From NCBI GenBank assembly GCA_963834385.1, contig CAWIBO010000003.1:96001-160000 (forward strand): 64,000 bases of DNA, read 5' to 3'. The DNA comes from an uncultured Verrucomicrobiae bacterium (GTDB lineage: Bacteria > Verrucomicrobiota > Verrucomicrobiia > Chthoniobacterales > UBA10450). This document shows, piece by piece, positions 1 to 10,195 of this stretch; within the stretch, counting starts at the first letter, position 1, and the number at the start of each line of letters is the position of its first letter. Below the pieces are notes generated by a model. That model saw only the letters and a list, made by a program, of their open reading frames with translations. It was not told the DNA's origin and ran no database searches. The position numbers were made by a program, and so were the translations under genes.

Positions 1-667
1 TTCACGCGCCCGAGCCGGGCCGACCAGTAGGGCACTAGGGCGCAGTGGGTCGAGCCGGTCACGGGATCTTCCGGAATGCCCGCCGCCGGGGCAAAATAGC
101 GGGAGACGAAGTCGCAGTCGTCGCCCGGGTGCGGTCGCGATCAGACCCTGGGCATCGAGCTTTGCCGTCAGCGCCAGGTCGGGCCGAAGCTCGGCAATCT
201 CGCGCGTGTTGGCGAACACTGCCAGGTAGTCGCGTCCATGGTGAAGTTCGCGCGGGCCGCGCGCCCAATGCGGCCACGACAGCTTCGCTGACCGGCACCG
301 CTGTTGTGGGCGTGGCGGGAAAATCGAGCACCAGGAGATCGTTTGCGCGGCTTACGGTCAGTTCGCCGCTGCGCGTATGAAACCGGAGAAGCGGTTCCGG
401 CCGGCCGAGATGGTGGAAAAGCACATGACCGGAGGCGAGGGTGGCGTGTCCGCAGAGATCGACCTCAACGGTTGGCGTCATCCAGCGCAGGTCGAAATGG
501 CCGCCCCGATCAATCAGGAACGCGGTCTCGGCGAGATTGTTCTCGTGAGCAATTGCCTGCATGACGGCGTCCGGGAGCCAGGCGCCGTCGAGCAGACAGA
601 CGCCCGCGGGGTTGCCGGTGAACGGCCGGTCGGTGAAGGCAGCGACCTCGTAATAAGGTATGAGCAT
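1..667 (-). CDS. PhzF family isomerase (3' end runs off the window; internal frameshifts)
   Basis: Motifs AFT..PFTGNPAGVC, NLAETAF, EVDLCGHATLAS. The C-terminal SRYFAPAAGIPEDPVTGSTHCAL is in another frame at about 120-30. Confidence 0.9.
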
Positions 668-759
668 GGCGTTGCTCACTGGAGCAGTCGCACCGGGGAA
701 GGGTCAAGCCGCCGCGGTTTTCCTCTTGTCAGCGGCGGCGGGTGACTTATGACTTCGGG

Positions 760-990
760 ATGGACGAGAAACTTTCGCCGGCGCCGGGGCGGCGCACCTT
801 TTCCGCCGAGGCGGTCATCGGCTGGGGCATCACCATGGCATCGACCGGGATCCTTTTTCTGCTCCTGGGCTGGGCACAATCAATGCGCCAGGTGCCGGAT
901 GCGGCGCTTGTCCTGGCCATCATTGGCGCGGTCTTCTTTGTGGTGGGCCTGATCATCACGCTGGCGGGGCGGAGTCGGGGACGACGCTAG
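760..990 (+). CDS. Small hypothetical membrane protein (2 TM)
   Basis: ORF with two hydrophobic segments and a basic C-terminus; ATG at 760. Confidence 0.6.
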   Translation: MDEKLSPAPGRRTFSAEAVIGWGITMASTGILFLLLGWAQSMRQVPDAALVLAIIGAVFFVVGLIITLAGRSRGRR

Positions 991-1076
991 GCGTTCCCCC
1001 GACGCCTTCTTCTCTTCCTTTCTTTTTTTCTTGTCCGTTGGCCCGGTCCCGCCGCAGGCTGGTGGCGGAGGACCTT

Positions 1077-1799
1077 ATGAAATCAATACTTCGCGCCCTG
1101 ACCTGTTTGCTCTTTCTCAGCTTCGCCTGCCTGGTGCCGGCGGCTCCGCCCGTGACCGCGGCGGATGTCGGTGATACAGGATCGTTCGGCCGCGCCTCAA
1201 AATACATGGGCGTGGCCAGCGGGTTTGTTCGACTGCTGAATGATTGCACGGTGGCGCCCGGTTCGCCGCCGGACGACGTCTGCATCGATATCACCCCCGC
1301 CCCGGGGTCGACTGCAATCAACGCGACGAATATCTGCCGGGTCCGGCTGCCGAAGAAGGCGACGAAGTCGATCGTCTACCCGATCATCACGATCTTTCAT
1401 ACCTATCAACTCCGGAACGATACCGGCGTCGATCAGCCTAACGCCCTCTTCAATTACTTTGTGGCCATGACGATCGAGAGCGACGCGCTACTTGATCCTT
1501 CCTACATCGATCCGTCACTGGAACGCCCGGAACGGGACGGTATACCGTCGATTTTTGGTCGGTATCGCGACGATCGCACCTGGCGGATCAATGAACGGAG
1601 CCGGCAGCAGCAGAATTATACCCGGTCCGGAAACGCAGGCATCAACAAGGAGTCGCTGATCGCCCAGGGAATTCCGGTCGCGGTGGTGAATGCGCTGTTT
1701 CGACGGCCCGATGGTGATCAGTCTCGATGTGAGCGGCAGCGCGCCCGCTTTCTCACGGACGGCAGTATCACGGGCAACCTGCGGCTCTTCGGGGATTAG
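1077..1799 (+). CDS. Hypothetical secreted protein (probable local frameshifts)
   Basis: GGAGGA RBS and signal peptide MKSILRALTCLLFLSFACLVPA; no recognised domain. Confidence 0.6.
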   Translation: MKSILRALTCLLFLSFACLVPAAPPVTAADVGDTGSFGRASKYMGVASGFVRLLNDCTVAPGSPPDDVCIDITPAPGSTAINATNICRVRLPKKATKSIVYPIITIFHTYQLRNDTGVDQPNALFNYFVAMTIESDALLDPSYIDPSLERPERDGIPSIFGRYRDDRTWRINERSRQQQNYTRSGNAGINKESLIAQGIPVAVVNALFRRPDGDQSRCERQRARFLTDGSITGNLRLFGD

Positions 1800-1905
1800 A
1801 GGCACGGCCACCTGCTGAAGTTTTCGCGGGGACGGCGGCTGTTTACCCACGGCTCCCGCCGGCGATGCTGTTTGACCCCGACCCGTGGAACCGGTAAATA
1901 GGACC

Positions 1906-4304
1906 GTGTTCCGTCCCTCGCTCCCCGCGGCGATCGTGCTGGTCGCGTTCCATCCTCTTCTGGCCCAGCAACCTGAAGAGCCGCCACGGCAGGCGCAAAA
2001 AACAGCGCCCAGCTTGCTCCTGCGGAGGGATCCACCGCGTCGGGCATGACCCGTCCCACGGCTACGCCCGTGCCCGGTCGGCCTCCCGGAATGGCGGGGA
2101 ACCAGGACACGGTCACGCTGCAGTATCCGAACAGCGATGTGCAGGACGTGCTCCACCTTTACGGCCAGCTCACCGGGAAGAACCTCGTCATGGACAATTT
2201 CGTCCAGGGCAAGGTGAACATTTTCATCAGCAAACCGGTGCCAAAGGACGAGGCCATCCGGATCATCGAGATGAACCTGCTCATGAATGGCTATTCGCTC
2301 GTGCCGGCCGAGGGCGACATCGTCAAGGTCATCGGCACCGGCAAGAACCCGCGCACCGCCGGCGTGCCCATCATTTCCGAGGAATCGGAGATCCCGGCGG
2401 GGGACAAGGTGATCAGTTATCTCTTCAAGCTGCGTTATGCCGATCCGCAGGAACTGCAACAGGTGCTCGGGCAGTATCTTTCGCCGCCGCAGCCCTACAC
2501 CTCGCTCCTCGCCCTGCCGAAGTCGTCGGCGGTCCTGGTCACGGAAAACTCCAGCGTGGTCCGCCGGCTGGCCAACATCATCAACCAGGTCGACATCCCG
2601 CCCGCGGAAGTCGTGAGCGAGTTCATCCGGCTCGACCGGGCGGACGCGGCCAAGGTGGTGGAGTTGCTCGAGAGCATCTTTGAACAGCAGGGCCAGCCCG
2701 GCACGACGAGCGCGCCCGGCACCCGCGGCGTGCGTCAGGTGGCCGCCGGGCCCCAGCAGCCGGTGCCGCCCGAGGCGGAAGTGGTCGGCCCGGGATTCAC
2801 CGCGCTCTCCGAGGATTCGGTGGTCGTCGGCAAGATCAAGATCGCGGCCGATGTGCGGACAAACCGGATTCACGTCATCACGCGGCCGATCAACATGCCG
2901 TTTGTGCGCAAGCTGATTTCCGAGCTGGACGCGAATGTGGAGTTCGCCAAACCGGTCACGCGTTCGCTGCGCTACATCTCGGCGGGGGATGTTCTCCCGG
3001 TGCTGGTGCAGGCGCTGACCGAGCCGGGACAGGACCAGCAGCAGGGCGCTGCGCCGGCGCCGGGCGGTCAGCCGGGGCAGAATCAGCAGCAATTACGGAA
3101 TACGGCTTCCACGGCCGGCAACCTCGGTGGAACCAGCAGCCTCGGTGGCCAGGGCGGCGGCATTGACGTCTCCGAGGAACTCTCCACGCAGCCCGTCGAC
3201 ACCGCGCCGCAGGCGGTCACGGTGGGCAACACCAAGATCATCGCCGACCAGCGCTCCAACTCCATCATCGTCCTGGGCAACCGCGAGGTGGTTGTGAAAG
3301 TGGAGAAGATTCTCGACGAGATGGACGTGAAGGCGCCGCAGGTGGCGCTGAGCACCGTCATCGGCGAACTGACCCTCGATGCGGGCGAGGAATTTGGGGT
3401 CGACTGGTTCCTGAAATACAAAAACAAGGTCGCCGGCGTGTCACGGAACACGGATGCGCCCCTGCCTTTCCCCTCCGTGGCCCCCAGCGCTTCACCCGGC
3501 ACCTCCGGCGGCATCCTCGACCCGGGCGGATTGGTGAACTTCGGTTCCATCCTGCAGGCGGCCTCCGCCGCCGGCGGCACCAGCGTTTATGTGGCCGCGG
3601 GCAACTATCTCTCCGCCGTGGTGCGCGCGATGGAATCCACCGGGCGGTTCAAGGTTCTTTCGCGCCCCATGGTTTTCACGAGTAACAACAAGAAGGCCAT
3701 CATCGCCTCCGGACGCGAGATCCCGGTCCCGGTGAATACGCTCTCCAACGCCGTGAACGTCAGCGGCATCGCGCAGTCGACCAACATCCAATACAAGCGC
3801 GTCGCCCTGCAGCTTGAAGTTGTTCCCCTGATCAATTCGGAGAAGGAGGTTTCGCTCGATATCCTGCAGAAGGTCGACAACATCGCCGGAAGCACGATCA
3901 TCGACGGTAACGCCATCCCGAACGTGGCCACGCGTTACATCCGAACCCATGTTTCCGCGCCAAACAATTGCACCATCGTCCTTGGCGGTTTGGTCATCGA
4001 TTCGACCGATAAGAATTACAGCGGCATCCCGGTTCTGAGCCGGATTCCGCTCATCGGGTCCCTCTTCCGGACCAACACGAAGACGAAATCGCGGCAGGAA
4101 TTGATCGTGATGATGCGCCCGGAAGTGACCATGACCAAGCTTGACCAGCATCTGCTCAAGCAGAAGGCCACGGAGAAGACGCACTTTGGACCGGAACTCG
4201 ATGAGACCGACTGCCCCGATTGCACGGAGGAGGAACGGGAGCAGATGCGCCAGGACAAGCTGATCATGGAACCCGATCTGCCGCCGTTGACGGACGCCCG
4301 ATGA
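1906..4304 (+). CDS. gspD: Type II secretion secretin GspD (frameshift near 2010-2045 separates the signal peptide)
   Basis: N-domain repeats (LRYADPQEL, ADVRTNRI, ADQRSNSIIV) and secretin C-domain (VLGGL...GIPVLSRIPLIGSLFR...ELIV). A signal-peptide-like MFRPSLPAAIVLVAFHPLLAQ starts at GTG 1906. Confidence 0.88.
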
Positions 4305-4717
4305 ATCTCTCCCCTTTCTCCTGCGCGCGCACCGGCCTGGCTGGACTGGCCCTCGTGCTTCTCGCGGCTTCCGCCGAGGCTGGGTTTCCTTTCCAATCGG
4401 CCGATCCGCTGGCGCAACGCGATGAATGGGGCCTGCTCCACCAGACCCGCGACCTGAACGAGGTCGATTATCTGCCACGCCGGTATCAGCCGCGTTTCAT
4501 CTACAACCTGACGGGGCGCAATTCGCTCACCCGTAATCGCGCCTACGTCGGCGCACTCCAGGATGCGCTCCGTCGCCGGGGCCTTTATTGCGGCCCGATC
4601 GACGGCCTCTTTTCCCAGGAGGTCAGCGACGCCATCGCCCGGTTCCAGAAAAACTCCTCGATGCGCGTAACCGGCAGCCTGACCGTGCCGGTGCGGCGCG
4701 CGCTTTACCTGCCGTGA
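4301..4717 (+). CDS. Secreted protein with C-terminal peptidoglycan-binding (PG_binding_1-like) domain
   Basis: Signal peptide; motif LQDALRRRGLYCGPIDGLF...AIARFQ...VTG. Confidence 0.8.
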   Translation: MNLSPFSCARTGLAGLALVLLAASAEAGFPFQSADPLAQRDEWGLLHQTRDLNEVDYLPRRYQPRFIYNLTGRNSLTRNRAYVGALQDALRRRGLYCGPIDGLFSQEVSDAIARFQKNSSMRVTGSLTVPVRRALYLP

Positions 4718-6462
4718 GCGGCACGCCCAGCCAGTCGCTCATCAAGCTTCTCCTGGAGAGCGGCGTCTCTTCGCAGGAGGAAGCGACGGAGCTGGCCCGC
4801 AATCTCAACGGCGGCTCCTGGACTTCGCAGGTGCTCGACTCCGGCAAGGTCGACGAACAGCGTTTCCTGCAGGCCATCGGCGCTTATTTCCGCGTGCCGG
4901 TCCTGGCCATTGACGCCAAGAAGATTGATCGCCAGACGCTTTCCATCCTGCCGAGCCGATTCGTCTTTCAGCACCACATTCTTCCCCTCGAGGTCAGGGA
5001 AAACGCCGTGGTCCTCGCCACCTACGACCTGTTTAACTCCGTCGCGCGCCAGCTCGCCTCGCAGCTTTTGAAAAAGCCGGCGGAATGGGTCCTCGTCCCC
5101 CGGGCGCAGATCCTGCGCGCGATGAAAACGCTTTACGGCGTCGGGGCCGAGACTTTCGACGAGATTCTCAAGACCAACCGCTCGTTCGAGGCCGACCAGG
5201 ATATCGAATTAAGCACCGATCTGAATGCCGACGATCCCGAGGCTTCGGTGGTCAAGTTCGTCAACCAGATCATCCGGGAGGCCATCGTGGAGCGGGCCAC
5301 GGATATCCACGTCGAGCCGCTGGAAGGGGACCTGCGGATTCGTTATCGCATTGACGGCATCCTGCACGAGGTGGCGGTGCCGCCGCAGCTTCGGCTGCTC
5401 CAGGCCGCCATCATCTCCCGCCTCAAGGTCATGGCGCACATGGACATCGCCGAGCGTCGCCTCCCGCAGGATGGCCGGATCAACCTGCAATCCAGCGGCC
5501 AGAACATCGACGTGCGCGTTTCCACCATTCCCACGGTCAACGGCGAATCGATCAGCCTCCGTCTCCTCAGCCGCGATCAGCAGCAGGAACAGTTCGGTTT
5601 TGAACGGCTCGACCTCAGCAAAAAACACGCGCGCATCGTCCAGTCGCTCCTGTCGCAGCCCAACGGGATCGTTCTGGTCACCGGCCCGACCGGGTCCGGC
5701 AAATCGACCTCGCTCTATTGTTTCCTCAGCAGCATCAATTCGGTGCAGCGTCGCATCATCACGATCGAGGAACCGGTCGAATACCGGCTTCCCGGCGTCT
5801 CCCAGATCGACGTCAAACCGGAGATCGATCTCACCTTTGCCAAGGGCCTGCGGCATATCCTTCGCCAGGATCCGAACGTCATCATGGTGGGCGAGATTCG
5901 TGATTTCGAGACGGCCGAGATCGCCATCCGCGCGGCCATGACCGGTCACCTTGTCTTCAGCACCCTGCACACCAACGATGCCGTCGGTGGCATCACCCGT
6001 CTGCTCGACATGGGGGTGGAACAGTTCCTTCTCGCCTCGACCGTGCGCGCTTTCCTGGCCCAGCGGCTCGTGCGCACCATCTGTCCCGATTGCGCCGAGA
6101 AAGTGGAGTATCCGCGCGATTACCTCGCCGAGATCGGGTTTCCCCTGGCCGAAATGGGGACGGTTTTTCAGCGCGGCGCCGGCTGCGACAACTGCCGGCA
6201 GACCGGTTACCAGGGACGCCTGGCCATTTTTGAGATCTGCGTCATCAACGACGCCATGCGACGGATGATCGTGGAAAAACGGGATGGCAGCGAGCTGAAG
6301 CAATGCGCCATCGCCCAGGGAATGGAAACCCTCCGGCAGGATGGATGGCGGCATGTCGCCGGCGGCCGCACCACCATCGAGGAAGTGGTCCGGGTGACGC
6401 AGAATGATGAGTTGATGACCGAGACCACGGAGACGGCCGAGCCCGCCATTTCCGAGCGGTAA
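4714..6462 (+). CDS. gspE: GspE/PulE/PilB family secretion ATPase
   Basis: ATDIHVEP, ERRLPQDGRI, Walker A GPTGSGKST, LRQDPNVIMVGEIRD, TGHLVFSTLHTN and CxxC...CxxC. Confidence 0.92.
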   Translation: MSGTPSQSLIKLLLESGVSSQEEATELARNLNGGSWTSQVLDSGKVDEQRFLQAIGAYFRVPVLAIDAKKIDRQTLSILPSRFVFQHHILPLEVRENAVVLATYDLFNSVARQLASQLLKKPAEWVLVPRAQILRAMKTLYGVGAETFDEILKTNRSFEADQDIELSTDLNADDPEASVVKFVNQIIREAIVERATDIHVEPLEGDLRIRYRIDGILHEVAVPPQLRLLQAAIISRLKVMAHMDIAERRLPQDGRINLQSSGQNIDVRVSTIPTVNGESISLRLLSRDQQQEQFGFERLDLSKKHARIVQSLLSQPNGIVLVTGPTGSGKSTSLYCFLSSINSVQRRIITIEEPVEYRLPGVSQIDVKPEIDLTFAKGLRHILRQDPNVIMVGEIRDFETAEIAIRAAMTGHLVFSTLHTNDAVGGITRLLDMGVEQFLLASTVRAFLAQRLVRTICPDCAEKVEYPRDYLAEIGFPLAEMGTVFQRGAGCDNCRQTGYQGRLAIFEICVINDAMRRMIVEKRDGSELKQCAIAQGMETLRQDGWRHVAGGRTTIEEVVRVTQNDELMTETTETAEPAISER

Positions 6463-6472
6463 CGAATCCTTC

Positions 6473-6817
6473 AGCGCGGCGAGGGCTGCCCCGTCCTTTT
6501 TTAGGACAGGATTAACAGGATTTTGCAGGATTGGGGGAAGGAGGTGTGCGGTCTCTCGGAGGCTTGTCTTTAAGATCCTGTCTTCTGGATCCTGTCTTTG
6601 GCGGCTCTGTCGCTCTCAGGCTCGACGGAGTCTCGCCCTACGGTGGGTGGTAGCGCGGCGAGGGTGTGCAGCGTCTTTTTAGATTAACAGGATTTTGCAG
6701 GATTGGGGGAAGGAGGTTGCGTCTCTCGGAGGCTTGTCTTTATCCTGTAATCCTGTCCTCTGGATCCTGTCTTTGGCGGCTCTGTCGCTCTCAGGCTCGA
6801 CGGAGTCTCGCCCTACC
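6473..6817. repeat. Tandem duplication (2 x ~170 bp) of a composite ACAGGAT palindrome plus REP arm
   Basis: Units 6473-6641 and 6652-6816 are near-identical and each ends in GGCTCGACGGAGTCTCGCCCTAC. Confidence 0.85.
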
Positions 6818-6835
6818 GGAGAATGCGCCGCGGGC

Positions 6836-7496
6836 TCAGCCGCGCAGGGCGGTAATGGCCGCGGCGTAATCGTTCGTTCTTGAAGATGGAGGTGCCGGCT
6901 ACGAGGACGTCCGCGCCGGCGGCGCGACAGATTGCCGCCGTCTCGGCGGTGATCCCGCCATCCACCTCCAGATGGAGCCCCGGTTTGTGTTTCTCCCGCC
7001 AGGCGTGGGCCCGTTTCACTTTCTCCATCATCTCGGGACGAAACGACTGCCCGCCGAACCCCGGGTGCACGGTCATGATCAGCAGCAGATCGAGCTGCGG
7101 CAGATGGGGCTCCAGCGCCTCAAACGGCGTGGCCGGGTTCAGCGTCAGGCCGGCCCGGCAACCGGCGGCCTTGATCGCCTCCAGTGTTTTCGCGACGTCG
7201 TGCTCCGCCTCCGGTTCCACGTGCACCGTGATCCCGTCCGCACCGGCCTTCAGGAAACGCGGCAGGAAATGGTCGGGGCGGGTGATCATGAGATGCACGT
7301 CCAGCGGGAGCCGGGTCAACTGGCGCACGGTCGCGACCAGGGCAGGTCCAAACGAGATGTTGTCCACGAAATGGCCGTCCATGATGTCGAGATGCATCCA
7401 GTCCGCCCCGGCCTTTTCCACCGCGGCCACCTCGTCGGCCAGCCGGGAAAAATCGGACGCGAGCAGGGAAGGGGCGATGAGGACTTGGTGGGGCAC
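6836..7496 (-). CDS. rpe: Ribulose-phosphate 3-epimerase (1-base frameshift near 6872)
   Basis: IAPSLLASDF, HLDIMDGHFVDN, DVHLM, MTVHPGFGGQ, EVDGG. The true C-terminus DYAAAITALRG* ends at 6836. Confidence 0.95.
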
Positions 7497-7750
7497 GGCG
7501 CAGCCTAGGCGGGGAAGTTGGGGCGAGGCAACGCCGAAGCGCTTCGGCCGCTGGCGCGGAATATTTTCAGCCGGCGCAAGTTATTCACAACCTTTCCCTT
7601 GACGGAGTTCCCCGGTATTTCTACATACTAGCGCGTTCTCAGGCGGTAAAAAAATCGCGCTTGCCGGAAGCGGTGGGCGTGGAGCGAGGCCCCACCGCGC
7701 ATTTACGCTGCCCGAAACGCGCGCGATCGGTCTAACTCAATCTCCCTCTC

Positions 7751-8788
7751 ATGTTCAACGGACTCTTCGGCTGGCTCTCGAGCGATATCGGCATCGATCT
7801 GGGCACGGCCAACACCCTCGTCTACGTCAAGGACCAGGGAATCGTCCTGCGCGAGCCGTCCGTCGTGGCCGTCCAGGCCGGCACCAACAAGGTCCTGGCC
7901 GTCGGCGACGAGGCCAAGCGCATGCTCGGGCGAACCCCGGCCAACATCGTGGCCGTGCGCCCGCTGAAGGATGGGGTGATCGCCGATTTCGAGGTGACGG
8001 AGGCGATGCTGCGGCATTTCATTTCCAAGGTGCACAACCGGAGAGTCCGGGCCCGTCCGCGCGTGGTCATCGCGGTCCCATCCGGCATCACCGAAGTGGA
8101 GAAACGCGCGGTGCGCGAATCGGCCACGCACGCCGGCGCCCGTGAAGTTTACCTGATCGAGGAACCGATGGCGGCGGCCATCGGCGTGGGTCTGCCCGTG
8201 CAGGATCCGGCGGGGAACATGATCATCGACATCGGGGGCGGCACCACCGAGGTGGCGCTGATCTCGCTTTCCGGCATCGTTTTCAGCCGGAGCGTGCGGG
8301 TGGCGGGCGACGAACTGGACGAGGCCATCGTGCAGTATATGAAACGCGCCTATAACCTCATGGTGGGCGAGCGCACGGCCGAGGAGATCAAGATCAAGAT
8401 CGGTTCGGCCTATCCGACCGAGAAGGAGACCAGCGTGGAGGTGAAGGGGCGCGACCTGGTCGCGGGCCTGCCCAAGACGCTCATGATCACCTCGCAGGAA
8501 GTGCGCGAGGCGCTTCTCGAGCCGATCTCGACCATTGTCGACTCGGTTCGCATCACCCTGGAGCGGTGTCCGCCGGAGCTTTCCGCCGATCTGGTCGATC
8601 GCGGCCTGGTCCTGGCGGGCGGCGGCGCGCTTCTGCGCGGATTCGATAAACTTTTGAGCGAGGAGACCGGTTTGCCTGTCCACGTTGCCGAAGACCCGCT
8701 CAGCGCGGTGGCCGAAGGAACCGGCAAATGCCTCAATGAAATCAAATTTTTGCGTCAGGTGGCCGCGACCGATCGGGCGTGGCGCTGA
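7751..8788 (+). CDS. mreB: Rod shape-determining protein MreB
   Basis: [33 protein letters not shown]. Confidence 0.98.
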   Translation: MFNGLFGWLSSDIGIDLGTANTLVYVKDQGIVLREPSVVAVQAGTNKVLAVGDEAKRMLGRTPANIVAVRPLKDGVIADFEVTEAMLRHFISKVHNRRVRARPRVVIAVPSGITEVEKRAVRESATHAGAREVYLIEEPMAAAIGVGLPVQDPAGNMIIDIGGGTTEVALISLSGIVFSRSVRVAGDELDEAIVQYMKRAYNLMVGERTAEEIKIKIGSAYPTEKETSVEVKGRDLVAGLPKTLMITSQEVREALLEPISTIVDSVRITLERCPPELSADLVDRGLVLAGGGALLRGFDKLLSEETGLPVHVAEDPLSAVAEGTGKCLNEIKFLRQVAATDRAWR

Positions 8789-8852
8789 TATCGCCCCACC
8801 GTTCACGGTTTGGGCTGCCGGCGGCCTCGCCGGGGTCGCGACACGGTAGAAG

Positions 8853-9656
8853 ATGAACCGCACGAGCATTGTCGCCCTCCTGGTCTTCGCCGCGGTGGTG
8901 GGCTATTTCCTCACCTTCAGTCCGGCCACGACGCAAAAGGTCCAGGCCGCCGTTTACGGACTGCTTTCGCCCTTCCTCAAGACCGGGTCGAGCCTGGAAC
9001 GGCAGATCACCCAGGTGAAGACCGGCCTCAAGTCCCTCGAGGAACTGGAGAAGGAGAATTCGCAGCTCCGGGTCGACAACCGCGCTCTCCGCGCCAGCAA
9101 CGAGGCGCTCCGGGACGTCGAGAGCGAGGTCAACCGCCTGCGCAAGGCCCTGAACTACCGCGAACGCTCGCTCTTCAAGCTGATCCCGGCCCAGGTCGTG
9201 ACCCGGGACGCCTCCAGCTGGTGGCGCACCATCACCATCAACCGCGGGCGCGAAGACGGGATCGAGCCCGACATGCCGGTGCTGACGGACGAGGGGCTCG
9301 TCGGCAAGACCACCACCATCAGCGACTCCATCTCGGTCGTGCTTCTGGTTTCGGATGAAAACTGCCGGGTCGCCGCCACCGTCGAAGGAACACGCGAGCA
9401 GGGCATCGTCAGCGGCGAGCGTGTGGTCACCAGCCTGAACCCAATCCTCCTGCTCAATTTTCTCTCCAAACAGGCGGAACTGAAGCCGGGCCAGAAAGTC
9501 TACACCAGCGGCGTCGGCGGCGTTTTCCCCTCGGGCCTGCTGGTCGGCTCCGTCCTGAATTACCGGGTGCGTGAGCTCGACGGCCAGGCCCGGGTCACCC
9601 CCGCGGTGGACATGGCCCGGCTCGAGGATGTCTTCGTTGTGATCGGCCGGAAATGA
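8853..9656 (+). CDS. mreC: Rod shape-determining protein MreC
   Basis: N-terminal TM and coiled coil, GLVGK, TSGVGGVFPSGLLVG; follows mreB. Confidence 0.93.
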   Translation: MNRTSIVALLVFAAVVGYFLTFSPATTQKVQAAVYGLLSPFLKTGSSLERQITQVKTGLKSLEELEKENSQLRVDNRALRASNEALRDVESEVNRLRKALNYRERSLFKLIPAQVVTRDASSWWRTITINRGREDGIEPDMPVLTDEGLVGKTTTISDSISVVLLVSDENCRVAATVEGTREQGIVSGERVVTSLNPILLLNFLSKQAELKPGQKVYTSGVGGVFPSGLLVGSVLNYRVRELDGQARVTPAVDMARLEDVFVVIGRK

Positions 9657-10195
9657 TCTTCTTTCTTCTTCTCGTCCTTGGCACCGTCCTGGCGCAGATC
9701 ACGCAGCTTTTCCTGCCGCCGCTCGATTGGATGTACGGGGCGCGCATTGTCCTGGTCCCGATCATTGTTTTCTACGGGGCCATGGCGCTGCCGTTTCCCC
9801 TCATGCTGGTCCTGGCCTTCCTCGCCGGCCTTCTCCAGGACGTCATGACCGTGCAGGTCATCGGCGACAAGGTTGAAATCGCCTTTGGATGGTCGATACT
9901 CCTTTACGGCGTTCTTGCTGGGATCATGCACGGCCTGCGGCCGCTGTTTATACGCGGGCGGTGGGAGGTGCATTGCCTCCTCAGCGGCGTCGGCACCTCG
10001 GCGATCCTTCTTGTGCAATACCTAATGATCAGTTTCCGGCGGGGATCGCTCGATTTTACCCGGGAAGTGTGGTGGCAGATCGGCGGGCCCGGCCTGCTCG
10101 CTCTGCTCATCGCCCCGGTCGCCTTCTGGCTGCTCCACTGGGTCGCCCGCGCCACTTCGCCCTCCTACCTGCCTGACGGGGAGGTCTATCGATGA
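9653..10195 (+). CDS. mreD: MreD-like membrane protein
   Basis: Polytopic hydrophobic protein with GLLQD motif, located between mreC and mrdA with ATGA overlaps. Confidence 0.75.
   Translation: MIFFLLLVLGTVLAQITQLFLPPLDWMYGARIVLVPIIVFYGAMALPFPLMLVLAFLAGLLQDVMTVQVIGDKVEIAFGWSILLYGVLAGIMHGLRPLFIRGRWEVHCLLSGVGTSAILLVQYLMISFRRGSLDFTREVWWQIGGPGLLALLIAPVAFWLLHWVARATSPSYLPDGEVYR

Noticed and set aside
6473..6817. CRISPR array
   Set aside because: Only two long units, no unique spacers of regular length, and no cas genes in the window.
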